The notes beneath the pieces were generated by a model. It saw only the letters and a list, made by a program, of their open reading frames with translations, ran no database searches and was not told the DNA's origin. Shown here one piece after another: positions 17,199 to 25,362 of a stretch of 25,362 bases of DNA; position 1 is the first letter of the stretch; every line of letters begins with the position of its first letter. A program made the translations under genes and the position numbers. Source of the stretch: Acidimicrobiia bacterium (lineage in GTDB: Bacteria > Actinomycetota > Acidimicrobiia > Spongiisociales > ZC4RG35); assembly GCA_050742075.1 (NCBI GenBank), contig JBOGEW010000319.1, forward strand, positions 1 through 25,362, in the 5' to 3' direction.

Positions 17199-17490
17199 CG
17201 GTCCTCTTTGGATGGCGGTTCACAAGGACCGCCCGGATTGGGAGAGCCGGGCGACCAATTCGCTACCCCCGGAATACTCCCTTTCGGTACGAGGGTATTT
17301 CCGGCCATGGCAACGTCGTAGCCGATCGCGGCTTTCTTTTACCCGGGAGGTCCTCTCCGCCTGAGTAACCCGAAATGGTCGGAGGAAGCTGTTCCTCTGC
17401 GGAAGATCCCGCGTGTCGGCCCTGGTGGTGGGTCTGGCTAACTTCCACGGGGAGGCAGCCGGCCGACTCGACACCACATTGGCCTGGCTG
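17199..17490. ncRNA. Unassigned highly structured intergenic region (candidate ncRNA or leader)
   Basis: Successive stems: 17199-205/17225-231, 17230-236/17247-253, 17262-266/17318-322 enclosing 17269-277/17295-304, 17382-387/17392-397, 17399-402/17409-412 and 17415-421/17461-467. No family recognised. Confidence 0.4.
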
Positions 17491-17530
17491 GCTGTCCGCT
17501 TCTATCAGCGAGCTCGCGCAAAGGAGCCAA

Positions 17531-17890
17531 ATGCGCTTTGTTTGGGTCGGAGTCGGAGAGGCAGTCGGTTCTGTATTGCGATATGCGATCGGGCTTACTG
17601 CCCTTCGATCCACGTTTCCTTGGGCAACACTCACCATCAACATCTCCGGCTCCTTTGCCCTCGGTTTGCTGTTGACATGGGCCATGGGACGATTGCCAAT
17701 ATCGATCATTACGCCGGTTTCGATCGGAGTTCTCGGCGGGTTCACTACTTTTTCAGCCTTCGCGTGGGAGGGGTTCTTCCTGATCCGAAGCGGCCGAGCG
17801 GGCCTCGCCGCTGCGTATCTGCTTCTGTCGGTCATTGGCGGACTGATTGCCGCATGGCTTGGCTACGTCACCGGCCGCGCTCTACTGTAG
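17531..17890 (+). CDS. crcB: Fluoride channel Fluc/CrcB
   Basis: Motifs GSVLRY, FPWATLTINISGSF and GVLGGFTTFSAFAWE. RBS AAGGAG upstream. Confidence 0.92.
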   Translation: MRFVWVGVGEAVGSVLRYAIGLTALRSTFPWATLTINISGSFALGLLLTWAMGRLPISIITPVSIGVLGGFTTFSAFAWEGFFLIRSGRAGLAAAYLLLSVIGGLIAAWLGYVTGRALL

Positions 17891-17908
17891 GGTTCGTGGT
17901 GCTGTTTC

Positions 17909-17922
17909 GCATGTTAACATGC
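17909..17922 (+). promoter_or_regulatory. Toxin-antitoxin operator overlapping a leaderless -10
   Basis: Perfect palindrome GCATGTTAACATGC. TAACAT lies 6 nt before the antitoxin ATG. Confidence 0.7.
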
Positions 17923-17926
17923 AAAT

Positions 17927-18172
17927 ATGCCTAAGACCATTCAAATTCGCGACATTGATGATGAGGTGTACGCCGCCCTCGTTCGACGGGCGGCCGAAGC
18001 GGGAATTTCGGTGCCGGACTTGCTACGTCAAGAAGCCAATCGTCTCGCCACCCGACCAACGATCGCCGAGTGGCTGGAGCGAACCCGGCGGCGTCCTTCG
18101 AAGGTAAACCCAACCAGCGTCATCGTCGCCTTAGACGAGATGAGGGGCGATTGGCCCAGTGCTCGTCGTTGA
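17927..18172 (+). CDS. vapB: RHH antitoxin (FitA/VapB-like)
   Basis: TIQIRDIDDEVYAALVRRAAEAGIS is an RHH-type N-terminus. Overlaps the PIN toxin gene. Confidence 0.82.
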   Translation: MPKTIQIRDIDDEVYAALVRRAAEAGISVPDLLRQEANRLATRPTIAEWLERTRRRPSKVNPTSVIVALDEMRGDWPSARR

Positions 18173-18548
18173 TGCCTCCTGTCTTTACGAGGTGGTGGCC
18201 GACGGCGAGGCAAGCGAGTCGGTGCGCCAGATACTCGCCGCCGACGCCGATCAAGCCGCCCCTCATCTGATCGACGCCGAAGTCCTGAGCCTGATCCGCC
18301 GAGACCGGTTCCGGAACCTGTTGGATTCAACCGGAGCGAGCCAAGCCGTCGAGGATCTGCGGTCGTGGCCGGGTGAAAGGTTCAGTCACCTGCCCCTGCT
18401 CGAACGAGCATGGGAGTTACGCGACGCGGTCCGGACTTGGGACGCCCTTTATGTTGCTTTGGCCGAGGCGATGGGTGCGACCCTTCTCACCCGCGATTCT
18501 CGGTTAGCCAAGGCCCGAGGTCCGAGCTGTCCGATCCAGCTCCCATAG
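18159..18548 (+). CDS. vapC: PIN-domain toxin
   Basis: Motifs VVDAS, APHLIDAEV, RAWELR, WDALYVALAE and LLTRD.RL. Confidence 0.92.
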   Translation: MLVVDASCLYEVVADGEASESVRQILAADADQAAPHLIDAEVLSLIRRDRFRNLLDSTGASQAVEDLRSWPGERFSHLPLLERAWELRDAVRTWDALYVALAEAMGATLLTRDSRLAKARGPSCPIQLP

Positions 18549-18567
18549 CCCGCCCGAGGAGGACGCG

Positions 18568-19095
18568 ATGACAACTCACAAGCCGGTAGAAACCACCAAT
18601 CTCGATCAGTACGGTTACGAGGCGTTGCCCTGGAGCGCGGTCGTAGAGGCCCTGGAAGACAGCACCGCCTCTAGTCAGGATGTGAACGCGGTGCTTGGCA
18701 CGGTCCTTCCGGATGGGCGCCCACATGCGGCAGGGGTGGGTGCGATGTGGATCGACGGAGGGTGGTACATCGTGAGTGGGCCCGGCACCCAAAAGTCGCA
18801 CAATCTGGCCAAGAATCCCGCCTGCACGCTGGCCGTCAGGCTCTCGGGCTTCGATGTCGTGTTCACTGGTGAGGCCCATCGTGTAACCGATGCCAAGGAG
18901 CTCGATCGGGTCGCCGCGGTATACCGCGAGAGCGGCTGGCCCGCCGAGGTGGAAGGGGACGGATTCACGGCCCCATATACGGCGCCAAGTGGTGGCCCGC
19001 CACCCTGGAATGTTTATCGGATCGATCCCCAACATGCGGTCGGAGTTGGTAACGCGCCGTCACTTAGCGGCGCCACCAAATGGACGTTTGCCTAG
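18568..19095 (+). CDS. Pyridoxamine 5'-phosphate oxidase-like (split-barrel flavin/F420-binding) protein
   Basis: Motifs LPWS, LGTV.PDGRPH, GTQKSHNLAKNP.C, DVVFTGEA.RVTD and TKWTF. RBS GAGGAGG upstream. Confidence 0.83.
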   Translation: MTTHKPVETTNLDQYGYEALPWSAVVEALEDSTASSQDVNAVLGTVLPDGRPHAAGVGAMWIDGGWYIVSGPGTQKSHNLAKNPACTLAVRLSGFDVVFTGEAHRVTDAKELDRVAAVYRESGWPAEVEGDGFTAPYTAPSGGPPPWNVYRIDPQHAVGVGNAPSLSGATKWTFA

Positions 19096-19165
19096 AGCGG
19101 TCGACGCTGCTCAATTCCTACACGAGCTTGGCACCCGTTGGCAGCGGCTTGGCGGCCTTCGGAGT

Positions 19166-21250
19166 TCAGGCCGCTGGCCTCAACCTCAATCGCCGCAATA
19201 GTTGGGCGTTTATTGCTACCACCACCGTTGAAACGGACATCAGAATCGCGGCCACGGCAGGCGCTAGAACGATGCCGGCCCATGCCATCGCCCCAGCGGC
19301 GAGAGGTATGGCGGCGACGTTGTAGCCGGCCGCCCACACCAGGTTCTGGATCATCTTCCGATATCCCGCCTCAGAAAGGCGTCGGATCCCGACCACCCCC
19401 CTCGGGTCATCGGAAGCCAAGACGATCCCCGCTGACTCGATCGCAACATCGGTCCCCGCCCCGATGGCAATGCCGACATCGGCTTGGGCAAGAGCGGGCG
19501 CGTCGTTTACTCCGTCTCCAACCATCGCTACCCGATGCCCTTGGCCCTGGAGCTCGGCGACTTTCGAGTGCTTGTCCTCCGGGAGCACCTCGGCGAAAAC
19601 CTGATCGATGTCAAGTTCTGACCCGACCGCCTCGGCCACCTGGCGAGCGTCTCCGGTGATCAGCGCCACCTGGACCCCGAGCCGGTGAAGCTCGTCGACC
19701 GCCGCCTTCGACTCGGGCCGGATCTCGTCCTCGAGCGAGATCGCTCCTATCACCTTTCCTTCTTTGAGCACATAGAGGACGGCCGCGCCCCGACCCTTCC
19801 ATTCACTTACCGCCGCCTCCAGTTCCCGGGGCACCTCCACCTTGCGTTCGCTGAGGAGCGCGGGACCCCCGATCGCGACTTTGTTTCCCGCGATCTCGGC
19901 TTCCACGCCCCGCCCACTCATTGCGCGGAATCCGGTGGCAACGGGAGTGTCGCCGAGGCTTTTCGCCGCGGTGACGATGGCCCTGGCAAGGGGGTGCTCG
20001 GAATCCGCTTCGACCGCAGCCGCCAGCCGAAGTAGTCCCTCATCGTCGCCGTCGAAAGCCCTCATGGCACTAACCCGGTGACTCCCCTTGGTCAGGGTGC
20101 CGGTTTTGTCGAAGAGCACCACGTCGATGTTGCGCATCCGCTCCAGGGCCAATCGGTCCTTGACCAGGATCCCGTTGCGGGCTGCCATCGAGGTGGAGAT
20201 GGCGATTACCAGCGGAATCGCTAGGCCCAACGCATGGGGACAGGCAATCACGAGGACGGCCACGCTCCGCACCACTGCCTGGTCGGGTTGGGCGGCGATC
20301 AGCCAAGCGATCACTGTGACGAGGGCAGAACCCACCGCCACGTAGAAGAGCAATGCCGCCGCTCGGTCGGCCAACACCTGGGCCCGCGAACTCGACGCTT
20401 GCGCTTGCGCGACCAGTCGTTGGATCCCGGCCAAAGCGGTGTCATCTCCAACAGCCGCGACCCGGACCCGGATCGAGTTGTCGGTGGCAACGGTGCCAGC
20501 CACCACCCGGTTCCCGGCTTGTTTGGCCACCGGCTTTGACTCCCCAGTCACCATCGATTCGTCGACCTCGACCTCGCCGCTTGCGATCTCGCCGTCGGCG
20601 GGAATACGACCGCCGGGTCGCACCAGTACCAGGTCGCCAACCTTCAGTTCGGCAATTGAGACTGTCTCGGTTCCAGTGTCGGTAACTCGCTCCGCCTCAT
20701 CCGGCAGCAGCTCAGCGAGGGCGGCCAGAGCGCCTCGGGCCTGACCAATGGCGCGCATCTCCATCCAATGACCGAGGAGCATGATCGTGATCAGGGCGGC
20801 AAGCTCCCACCAGAATTCGAGGTCAAAAACACCCAGGGTGGTGGCCGCCGAAGCCGCAAAGGCGACAGTGATCGCCATCCCGATGAGGAGCATCATTCCT
20901 GGCTGCCGATCGCGCGCCTCTTGTACCGCCCCTTTGAGGAAGGGTGATCCGCCGTAGATGAAGATCACTGTCCCCAGGACAGGCGCGATCCACCCCGAAC
21001 CCGGGAAGGTGGGCGCGGTATATCCCAGCCACTCCTGGACCATCTCCGAGAAGAAGACGACTGGAAGCGTGAGCAGAAACGAGAGCCAGAAGCGATCGCG
21101 GAACATGGCCACGCTGTGGCCAGCGTGTTTGTCGTGGCCGCCCCCCTGGCCGGAGTGATGTCCGGCATGGGCTCCGGAACCAACGGCTTGCGAGTCAGCC
21201 TCTGTGGCTACGTCGCCAGTCAGATGGTTTTGGTAGTCATGATGGGTCAT
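19166..21250 (-). CDS. copB: Copper-exporting P1B-3 ATPase
   Basis: His-rich N-terminus, [36 protein letters not shown] in TM7 and MSVST in TM8. Confidence 0.93.
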   Translation of the reverse strand: MTHHDYQNHLTGDVATEADSQAVGSGAHAGHHSGQGGGHDKHAGHSVAMFRDRFWLSFLLTLPVVFFSEMVQEWLGYTAPTFPGSGWIAPVLGTVIFIYGGSPFLKGAVQEARDRQPGMMLLIGMAITVAFAASAATTLGVFDLEFWWELAALITIMLLGHWMEMRAIGQARGALAALAELLPDEAERVTDTGTETVSIAELKVGDLVLVRPGGRIPADGEIASGEVEVDESMVTGESKPVAKQAGNRVVAGTVATDNSIRVRVAAVGDDTALAGIQRLVAQAQASSSRAQVLADRAAALLFYVAVGSALVTVIAWLIAAQPDQAVVRSVAVLVIACPHALGLAIPLVIAISTSMAARNGILVKDRLALERMRNIDVVLFDKTGTLTKGSHRVSAMRAFDGDDEGLLRLAAAVEADSEHPLARAIVTAAKSLGDTPVATGFRAMSGRGVEAEIAGNKVAIGGPALLSERKVEVPRELEAAVSEWKGRGAAVLYVLKEGKVIGAISLEDEIRPESKAAVDELHRLGVQVALITGDARQVAEAVGSELDIDQVFAEVLPEDKHSKVAELQGQGHRVAMVGDGVNDAPALAQADVGIAIGAGTDVAIESAGIVLASDDPRGVVGIRRLSEAGYRKMIQNLVWAAGYNVAAIPLAAGAMAWAGIVLAPAVAAILMSVSTVVVAINAQLLRRLRLRPAA

Positions 21251-21278
21251 CTCTACTCCTCCGACTTCTAGGAACGGA

Positions 21279-21860
21279 TCAGGCGCTCGATGCGGTGGCG
21301 TATAGACCGGAAAGGGTCACCGAGACCAACCGAGAGACCGCTGCCTTGTTACGCATCCGAGCCGCGGCAGCCAGAGCATGCAGGCAATACGACGCGAGCT
21401 CATCCGACGATATGTCTTGGCGAACAAAGCCGACCGCCTCGCTCAACAAGCCTTTGATCATGCTGTGTAATTGGCGCTCGGCCTGCGCCACCTGATCGTT
21501 TCGGTGGATGAGAGCCGCCAACTCATCGTCGCCATGTCCCCGCGAGTGGAATGTGATCATCGCGTAAGCCCTAAGTACTGCCTCAAGCCTCGCCTCGGCT
21601 CCCTGAACTTGGTCGCGAGCAGTCATGAGATGCGACAAATGCCTCTCGATCTCGCGCTGATGCCAGGCGAACAGAATCGCTTCGATGTCAGGGAAGTACT
21701 TGTAGAGAGTGGCCCGTCCAATCCCCGCTAACTCTGCAATCCCCGACATAGTCACTCCCACCAGACCGTGCTGAGCGACTAGTGAAACCGCCGCATCAAT
21801 GACAGCTTGCCTCACCTCACCGCGGTGCGCTTCGATCGTGTCGATCCACAGCCTGGGCAT
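21279..21860 (-). CDS. TetR/AcrR family regulator
   Basis: [26 protein letters not shown]. Minus-strand TATAGT lies 7 nt before ATG 21860, suggesting a leaderless transcript. Confidence 0.9.
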   Translation of the reverse strand: MPRLWIDTIEAHRGEVRQAVIDAAVSLVAQHGLVGVTMSGIAELAGIGRATLYKYFPDIEAILFAWHQREIERHLSHLMTARDQVQGAEARLEAVLRAYAMITFHSRGHGDDELAALIHRNDQVAQAERQLHSMIKGLLSEAVGFVRQDISSDELASYCLHALAAAARMRNKAAVSRLVSVTLSGLYATASSA

Positions 21861-21867
21861 CTCACCC

Positions 21868-21937
21868 ACTATACGTTGTGTGCACTAGTTGACGCTTCGT
21901 CTTTTAAGTAGACACCTTGTCTTGATAAGGCTACGGT
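21868..21937. promoter_or_regulatory. Divergent promoters with repeated AC-N5-GT palindromes (putative TetR operators)
   Basis: GACGCTTCGTC (21891-21901) and AGACACCTTGTCT (21910-21922). Plus-strand TAGACA-17-TACGGT (21909-21937) and minus-strand -10 TATAGT (21868-21873). Confidence 0.6.
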
Positions 21938-21975
21938 TGGAGTCTCGGACGAGAGGAGTTTTCATAACCGATCCG

Positions 21976-22146
21976 ATGAAGTTGCCTCCGGGTAATTCAG
22001 AGAAGAATCCACTGGCCGAACAGGGGCCCGGTCTCCCTCGCTGGCTCAAGCTATCGGGTATCGCGGTTTTGGTGGTGATCATCGTGGTGGTCGTGCTTCA
22101 GCTAGTCACGGGGGGTCAGCACGGGCCCGGCATGCACGTGAATTGA
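21976..22146 (+). CDS. Small single-TM protein (PRW...GGxHGPGxH type)
   Basis: LPRWLK, a TM helix, then GGQHGPGMH. Stop overlaps the next start (TTGA). Confidence 0.7.
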   Translation: MKLPPGNSEKNPLAEQGPGLPRWLKLSGIAVLVVIIVVVVLQLVTGGQHGPGMHVN

Positions 22147-22655
22147 GGCTCAGCCCGCCCCTACATAAAGGCGTTTTGGCCGCGCACCTCACAGTGTCAG
22201 TCGGCTGGATTGGTGCGATTTTGGGTTACCTGGGCTTGGGAATCACGGCCCTAAGGAGCGCAAGCGTCTCGACCGTGCGCTCGGCGTGGATCGGGATGGA
22301 GGTAATCGGCTGGTTCGTGATCGTACCTTTGGCCATGACCTCGCTCCTCACCGGGCTACTCATATCGCTCGGCACCAGGTGGGGATTATTCCGCCATTAC
22401 TGGGTTCTCATCTCGTTCGCACTCACCCTGTTCTCCGCAGTCATTCTCATCCTTCACATGCCAACTGTGAGCGAGCTGGCCAACGCCGCCCAGACAGCCG
22501 AAGGTGCAGCCCTCCGTGCATTAGGTGGCGACCTCGCCCATCCGAGCATCGGCCTCGCAATCCTGCTCTGCGTCCAAGTTCTCAACGTCTACAAACCACG
22601 CGGGCTTACGCGCTACGGATGGCGCCGCCAGCAAGAAGCTGGTAGCCGGTCTTGA
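22143..22655 (+). CDS. DUF2269-like 4-TM membrane protein
   Basis: Motifs HLTVSVGWIG, SLLTGL..SLGT.WGLFRHYWV and LNVYKP.G.T.YG. Confidence 0.72.
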   Translation: MRLSPPLHKGVLAAHLTVSVGWIGAILGYLGLGITALRSASVSTVRSAWIGMEVIGWFVIVPLAMTSLLTGLLISLGTRWGLFRHYWVLISFALTLFSAVILILHMPTVSELANAAQTAEGAALRALGGDLAHPSIGLAILLCVQVLNVYKPRGLTRYGWRRQQEAGSRS

Positions 22656-22765
22656 TTCCGTTTCAGCTTGGTTGTAACACAGCTTGCGGTGGCTCCGCTA
22701 ACCGGTGAAGTAGAAGCGGTTGATCCAGATCCGTAGGAAACGTGGTTGCCGTCATCACGAAGATT

Positions 22766-22790
22766 GGCCTGATGGGACTAGTTTCGAACC
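22766..22790 (+). repeat. tRNA-T-arm-like imperfect direct repeat, copy A
   Basis: GGCCTGATGGGACTAGTTTCGAACC, similar to 24108-24133. Confidence 0.5.
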
Positions 22791-22857
22791 ACGTCCAATG
22801 AATCGAGAATGGAACTCATGCTGTCGCTCACCTATAGGACCTCAGAAGCGCGGCCTC

Positions 22858-23709
22858 TCAAGTTGCCGTTTTTATGTGTCGGATCCAGAGACGGACGCCG
22901 ATCAGAACGGCAATCACTCCCAAACCCAACAATGGGATCGTAAACAGACCCATGCTTACCCCCACTCCTGCCGCGAGCAGGCCCGCCAATACCAAACCGA
23001 TCGGAAAAACCTGGACCCGCGGCCTTCTGGCAACACGACTCCGGGCGGCATGCCACCACGAATTGAAGGCGCCTACACCTGCTGCGGTAGCAACTGCGCT
23101 AGCGATCCCCACCGGCAGCCACCACCAGCCCTCACCACCCATCAATGACGCGATGAGCCCAACAACGATCCCGATCCCGAATCCACCGATAAGCGCCATC
23201 GGCAGCACACCACCGATGACCATGCCTGCACCCAGGCGGGGCCTGGTGCGATGAACGGCCAGGCCTAGGAATGTCACGGCTCCTGCGCCGACAAATAGGA
23301 CTAGGGCACCGACCTTTCCTGGGCTCACTCCGCTTGACACCTCGTCAGTGAAGAACTGACGGATTCCTGCGTAGACCGTGGCCCCGCCAGTGAGCACTGC
23401 CAACGCCTGCCACCAATACCCTCCGAGCCGGTTGGTCATCATTCGCTCCTTTGTTGTTCGACCGTTGCGACGTACCTGGGCAGCCCGCCAACTCAAGTCG
23501 GCTGGCAGCCCGGCTATCCATCTCCCGAGGATGGAGCGCGAGGTGGACATAGGGCTGTCACCCTCGTTTCGGGCGTAGGTTCTGTGTTCCCAAAGATCGG
23601 AGTCGATCTCGGCGGCGCGGTGGTGACGGTCATTAGCCTCGAGACCGAGTGTGTAGAGCCGTACCCAGCGGCGAACGAGGCTCTCGGCGATGTAACGCGG
23701 AGCGCTCAA
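22858..23709 (-). CDS. PadR-associated hypothetical membrane protein
   Basis: Soluble N-terminus (RRWVRLYT...AEIDSDLWEH...G.PADLSWR) followed by about 6 Gly-rich TM helices. Coupled to padR. Confidence 0.78.
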   Translation of the reverse strand: MSAPRYIAESLVRRWVRLYTLGLEANDRHHRAAEIDSDLWEHRTYARNEGDSPMSTSRSILGRWIAGLPADLSWRAAQVRRNGRTTKERMMTNRLGGYWWQALAVLTGGATVYAGIRQFFTDEVSSGVSPGKVGALVLFVGAGAVTFLGLAVHRTRPRLGAGMVIGGVLPMALIGGFGIGIVVGLIASLMGGEGWWWLPVGIASAVATAAGVGAFNSWWHAARSRVARRPRVQVFPIGLVLAGLLAAGVGVSMGLFTIPLLGLGVIAVLIGVRLWIRHIKTAT

Positions 23710-24065
23710 GAAGGAGCCAGCCCCACTCGTCTACCGGACACCGAAGATCCGCGCTCGGCTCTCAATGTCGCAAGGGCCCGTTCTCCCACTCCGGTCACCC
23801 GATACAGGCGCCGCCTTGGCCGACCCTCCGCTAGGGCCAAGTCGGGCTCCTCCCATCGCGACTCCAATAGCCCGGCTGCCGCCATTCGTCCGAGGGCCTT
23901 GTACAAGGTCCCGTGCGCAGTCAACTGCTGCGCTTCACCGACTTCCTGAATCCGTTTTGCGATGACGAAGCCGTGGAACTCGCTGTTTTTGCGGGTGCGC
24001 AAATCCAGGCCAGCGGCAAGGATTGCCTCCTCGATCGGCAGCAAGGCACCGGGTTTTCTCCTCAT
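23706..24065 (-). CDS. PadR family regulator
   Basis: Motifs FHGFVIA, HGTLYKALGRM...GLLESRWE and GRPRRRLYRVT..G. Confidence 0.88.
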   Translation of the reverse strand: MRRKPGALLPIEEAILAAGLDLRTRKNSEFHGFVIAKRIQEVGEAQQLTAHGTLYKALGRMAAAGLLESRWEEPDLALAEGRPRRRLYRVTGVGERALATLRAERGSSVSGRRVGLAPS

Positions 24066-24107
24066 GGCGTAATTATAGGAAGATATCTGCCCATGCGCAA
24101 GAGGAGC

Positions 24108-24133
24108 GGCCTGAAGGGGATTACGTTCGAACC
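24108..24133 (+). repeat. tRNA-T-arm-like imperfect direct repeat, copy B
   Basis: GGCCTGAAGGGGATTACGTTCGAACC, similar to 22766-22790. Confidence 0.5.
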
Positions 24134-24340
24134 TGCAACGTCGTGAACAACTAGGGTCGAACGAGTGACTGTCGCTGAGCCTGCGAGGTCGGCGACGTAT
24201 TCTCCTACCCAGTCAGGGCAGTTCTATTCCATCACGACAGCTCAGAACGAACAACCTTGAACCGATTGGGTAAACCCGGTGCGCACGATCCACTCTTGAC
24301 GCGCATCCGTGCTCACCGGATCGACGGCGTCAGCGAACCA

Positions 24341-25009
24341 CTAGCCCTCGCGCTGCATCCGCTCCTGACGCGCCATTTCGCGTTCGCTGGGCGAATCGAG
24401 CGTGTCGCCGATCTTGATCTCGCCGCCGCGCTCGTAGTGGGCGATCATGAGGCCGTTGCTCGAGACGCGCGAGCTGGTCAGCTTGTAGGCGTGCGGCGCC
24501 GAGCCATCGGCGAACAGCCTTTTCCCGCTGCCCAGCACGACCGGCACTGTGAAGATGCTCATCGCGTCGACTAGATCGTTGGCGAGCAGCGCATGCACGA
24601 GTTCGGTGCTGCCTTGGGTGACGAGGTTCGGGCCGTCTTCCTCCCGCAGGCGCTTCACGTCGGCGATGTCGCGGAGCAAGACCGAGCCCTGCCAGCTCGT
24701 ATCTACCTCACCCGAGCGCGAAACCGCGTACTTCTTGATGTCATTGAAGAGCTTGGCGATGCCGCCATCACGAGACTCTTCGTCATAGTAAGGCCAGTAC
24801 GCGGCGAAAATCTCGTAGGTCTTGCGGCCGAGCAGGAGGTCGAACTTCTCCTTGAAGAGGCGGTCGATTTCTTCGCCAAACTCCTGATCGAAATAGGGCA
24901 TCACCCAGCCGCCGAACTTGAAGCCTTTGGTCGGGTCCTCGGTCGGCCCGCCGGGGGCCTGCATGACGCCGTCCATCGAAACCTGGGCGCCGACAATGAT
25001 CTTCCGCAT
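24341..25009 (-). CDS. Dihydrofolate reductase-like/RibD C-terminal domain protein
   Basis: Motifs SMDGVMQAPGGP.ED...GF..GGW, LLLGRKTYEIFAAYWP, QGS..LV..L...DLVD and PVVLG.GKRLF. RBS AGGAG upstream. Confidence 0.9.
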   Translation of the reverse strand: MRKIIVGAQVSMDGVMQAPGGPTEDPTKGFKFGGWVMPYFDQEFGEEIDRLFKEKFDLLLGRKTYEIFAAYWPYYDEESRDGGIAKLFNDIKKYAVSRSGEVDTSWQGSVLLRDIADVKRLREEDGPNLVTQGSTELVHALLANDLVDAMSIFTVPVVLGSGKRLFADGSAPHAYKLTSSRVSSNGLMIAHYERGGEIKIGDTLDSPSEREMARQERMQREG

Positions 25010-25123
25010 GGGTCACTCTCCTTGTTGGATCCCAAGACGAACAGCGTGAACTAGGCCACGCCGCCGGAGGTTGCTTCTTCGTGTCGCATCCTCATTTTCT
25101 TCTGTGACGAGCGCTACCAGATA

Positions 25124-25215
25124 TGGCGGAGGGAATGGGATTCGAACCCATGAGGCCCCTTGCGGGACCTAGCAATTTTCAAGACTGCCGCCTTCGACCG
25201 CTCGGCCATCCCTCC
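25124..25215 (-). tRNA. tRNA-Ser (TGA)
   Basis: GGAGGGA acceptor stem, anticodon arm GCAGT-CTTGAAA-ATTGC, long variable arm and GGTTCGAATCC. Ends GCCA. Confidence 0.96.
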
Positions 25216-25246
25216 AGTAGTGCAGGCTAAAGCCCGAGAAGCTGGG

Positions 25247-25333
25247 CGGAGGGAGAGGGATTCGAACCCTCGAGGAGTTGCCCCCTACGGCATTTCGAGT
25301 GCCGCGCACTAGACCGGACTATGCGATCCCTCC
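25247..25333 (-). tRNA. tRNA-Ser (CGA)
   Basis: GGAGGGA acceptor stem, anticodon arm CGGCA-CTCGAAA-TGCCG, variable arm and GGTTCGAATCC. CCA is not encoded. Confidence 0.95.
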
Positions 25334-25362
25334 AGAGCTATTCGGTTGTTTGGGGGACTGTG

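Noticed and set aside
17436..17467. HDV-like ribozyme resemblance on the minus strand (GGCCGGC..GCCTCCCCGTGG)
   Set aside because: There is no P2, P3 closes with a mismatch, and no P1' followed by GG exists, so the nested pseudoknot cannot be built.
17199..17530. Fluoride riboswitch, canonical c-di-AMP riboswitch, Ms1 or raiA-motif assignment
   Set aside because: The fluoride core (GGCGATGG..TTCGCC...GCTGATGAC) is absent. The other families match only in short fragments and miss their main conserved blocks.
24103..24140. Additional tRNA gene
   Set aside because: Only a degenerate T-arm-like fragment is present with no cloverleaf. Reported as a repeat instead.
1..25362. CRISPR array, transposase/integrase, prophage or anti-phage defence system
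   Set aside because: No regularly spaced repeats and no recognisable recombinase, Cas, phage or defence motifs. The NB-ARC-like protein has SARP regulator architecture.

Overview
High-GC, actinobacterial-like chromosomal window. The taxon is inferred from gene families, leaderless TANNNT promoters and a SigK/RskA pair. Left half (1-12165): a 3'-truncated SARP/BTAD-NTPase regulator diverges from a sulfurtransferase and an MBL-rhodanese fusion. Next comes an arsenic block (MesD-like short methionine synthase <- -> EamA, arsR, arsM -> <- arsC, rskA, sigK), then DUF885, AraC, an MFS transporter and tRNA-Ser(GCT). Right half (12166-25362): ion-homeostasis and accessory genes between tRNA-Ser genes. 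These are a small membrane ORF, a KimA-like K+ transporter with a duplicated cytosolic domain, short KdpD and KdpE without kdpFABC, a ~320-nt highly structured intergenic region, a single Fluc, VapBC, a PNPOx-like protein, TetR-CopB, a small protein plus DUF2269-like protein, a PadR cassette flanked by tRNA-T-arm-like repeats, a DHFR-like protein, and tRNA-Ser(TGA) and tRNA-Ser(CGA). Best candidates for an undescribed system: (1) a 24-bp palindromic operator duplicated at the arsR promoter and at the mesD-like/eamA divergent promoter, which suggests an ArsR regulon coupling arsenic methylation to a MesX-less methionine synthase; (2) a KdpDE-KimA-small protein K+ module that shares phased boxes; (3) the unexplained structured RNA-like region upstream of fluc. 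All family calls come from recognising motifs by eye. No database searches were run.
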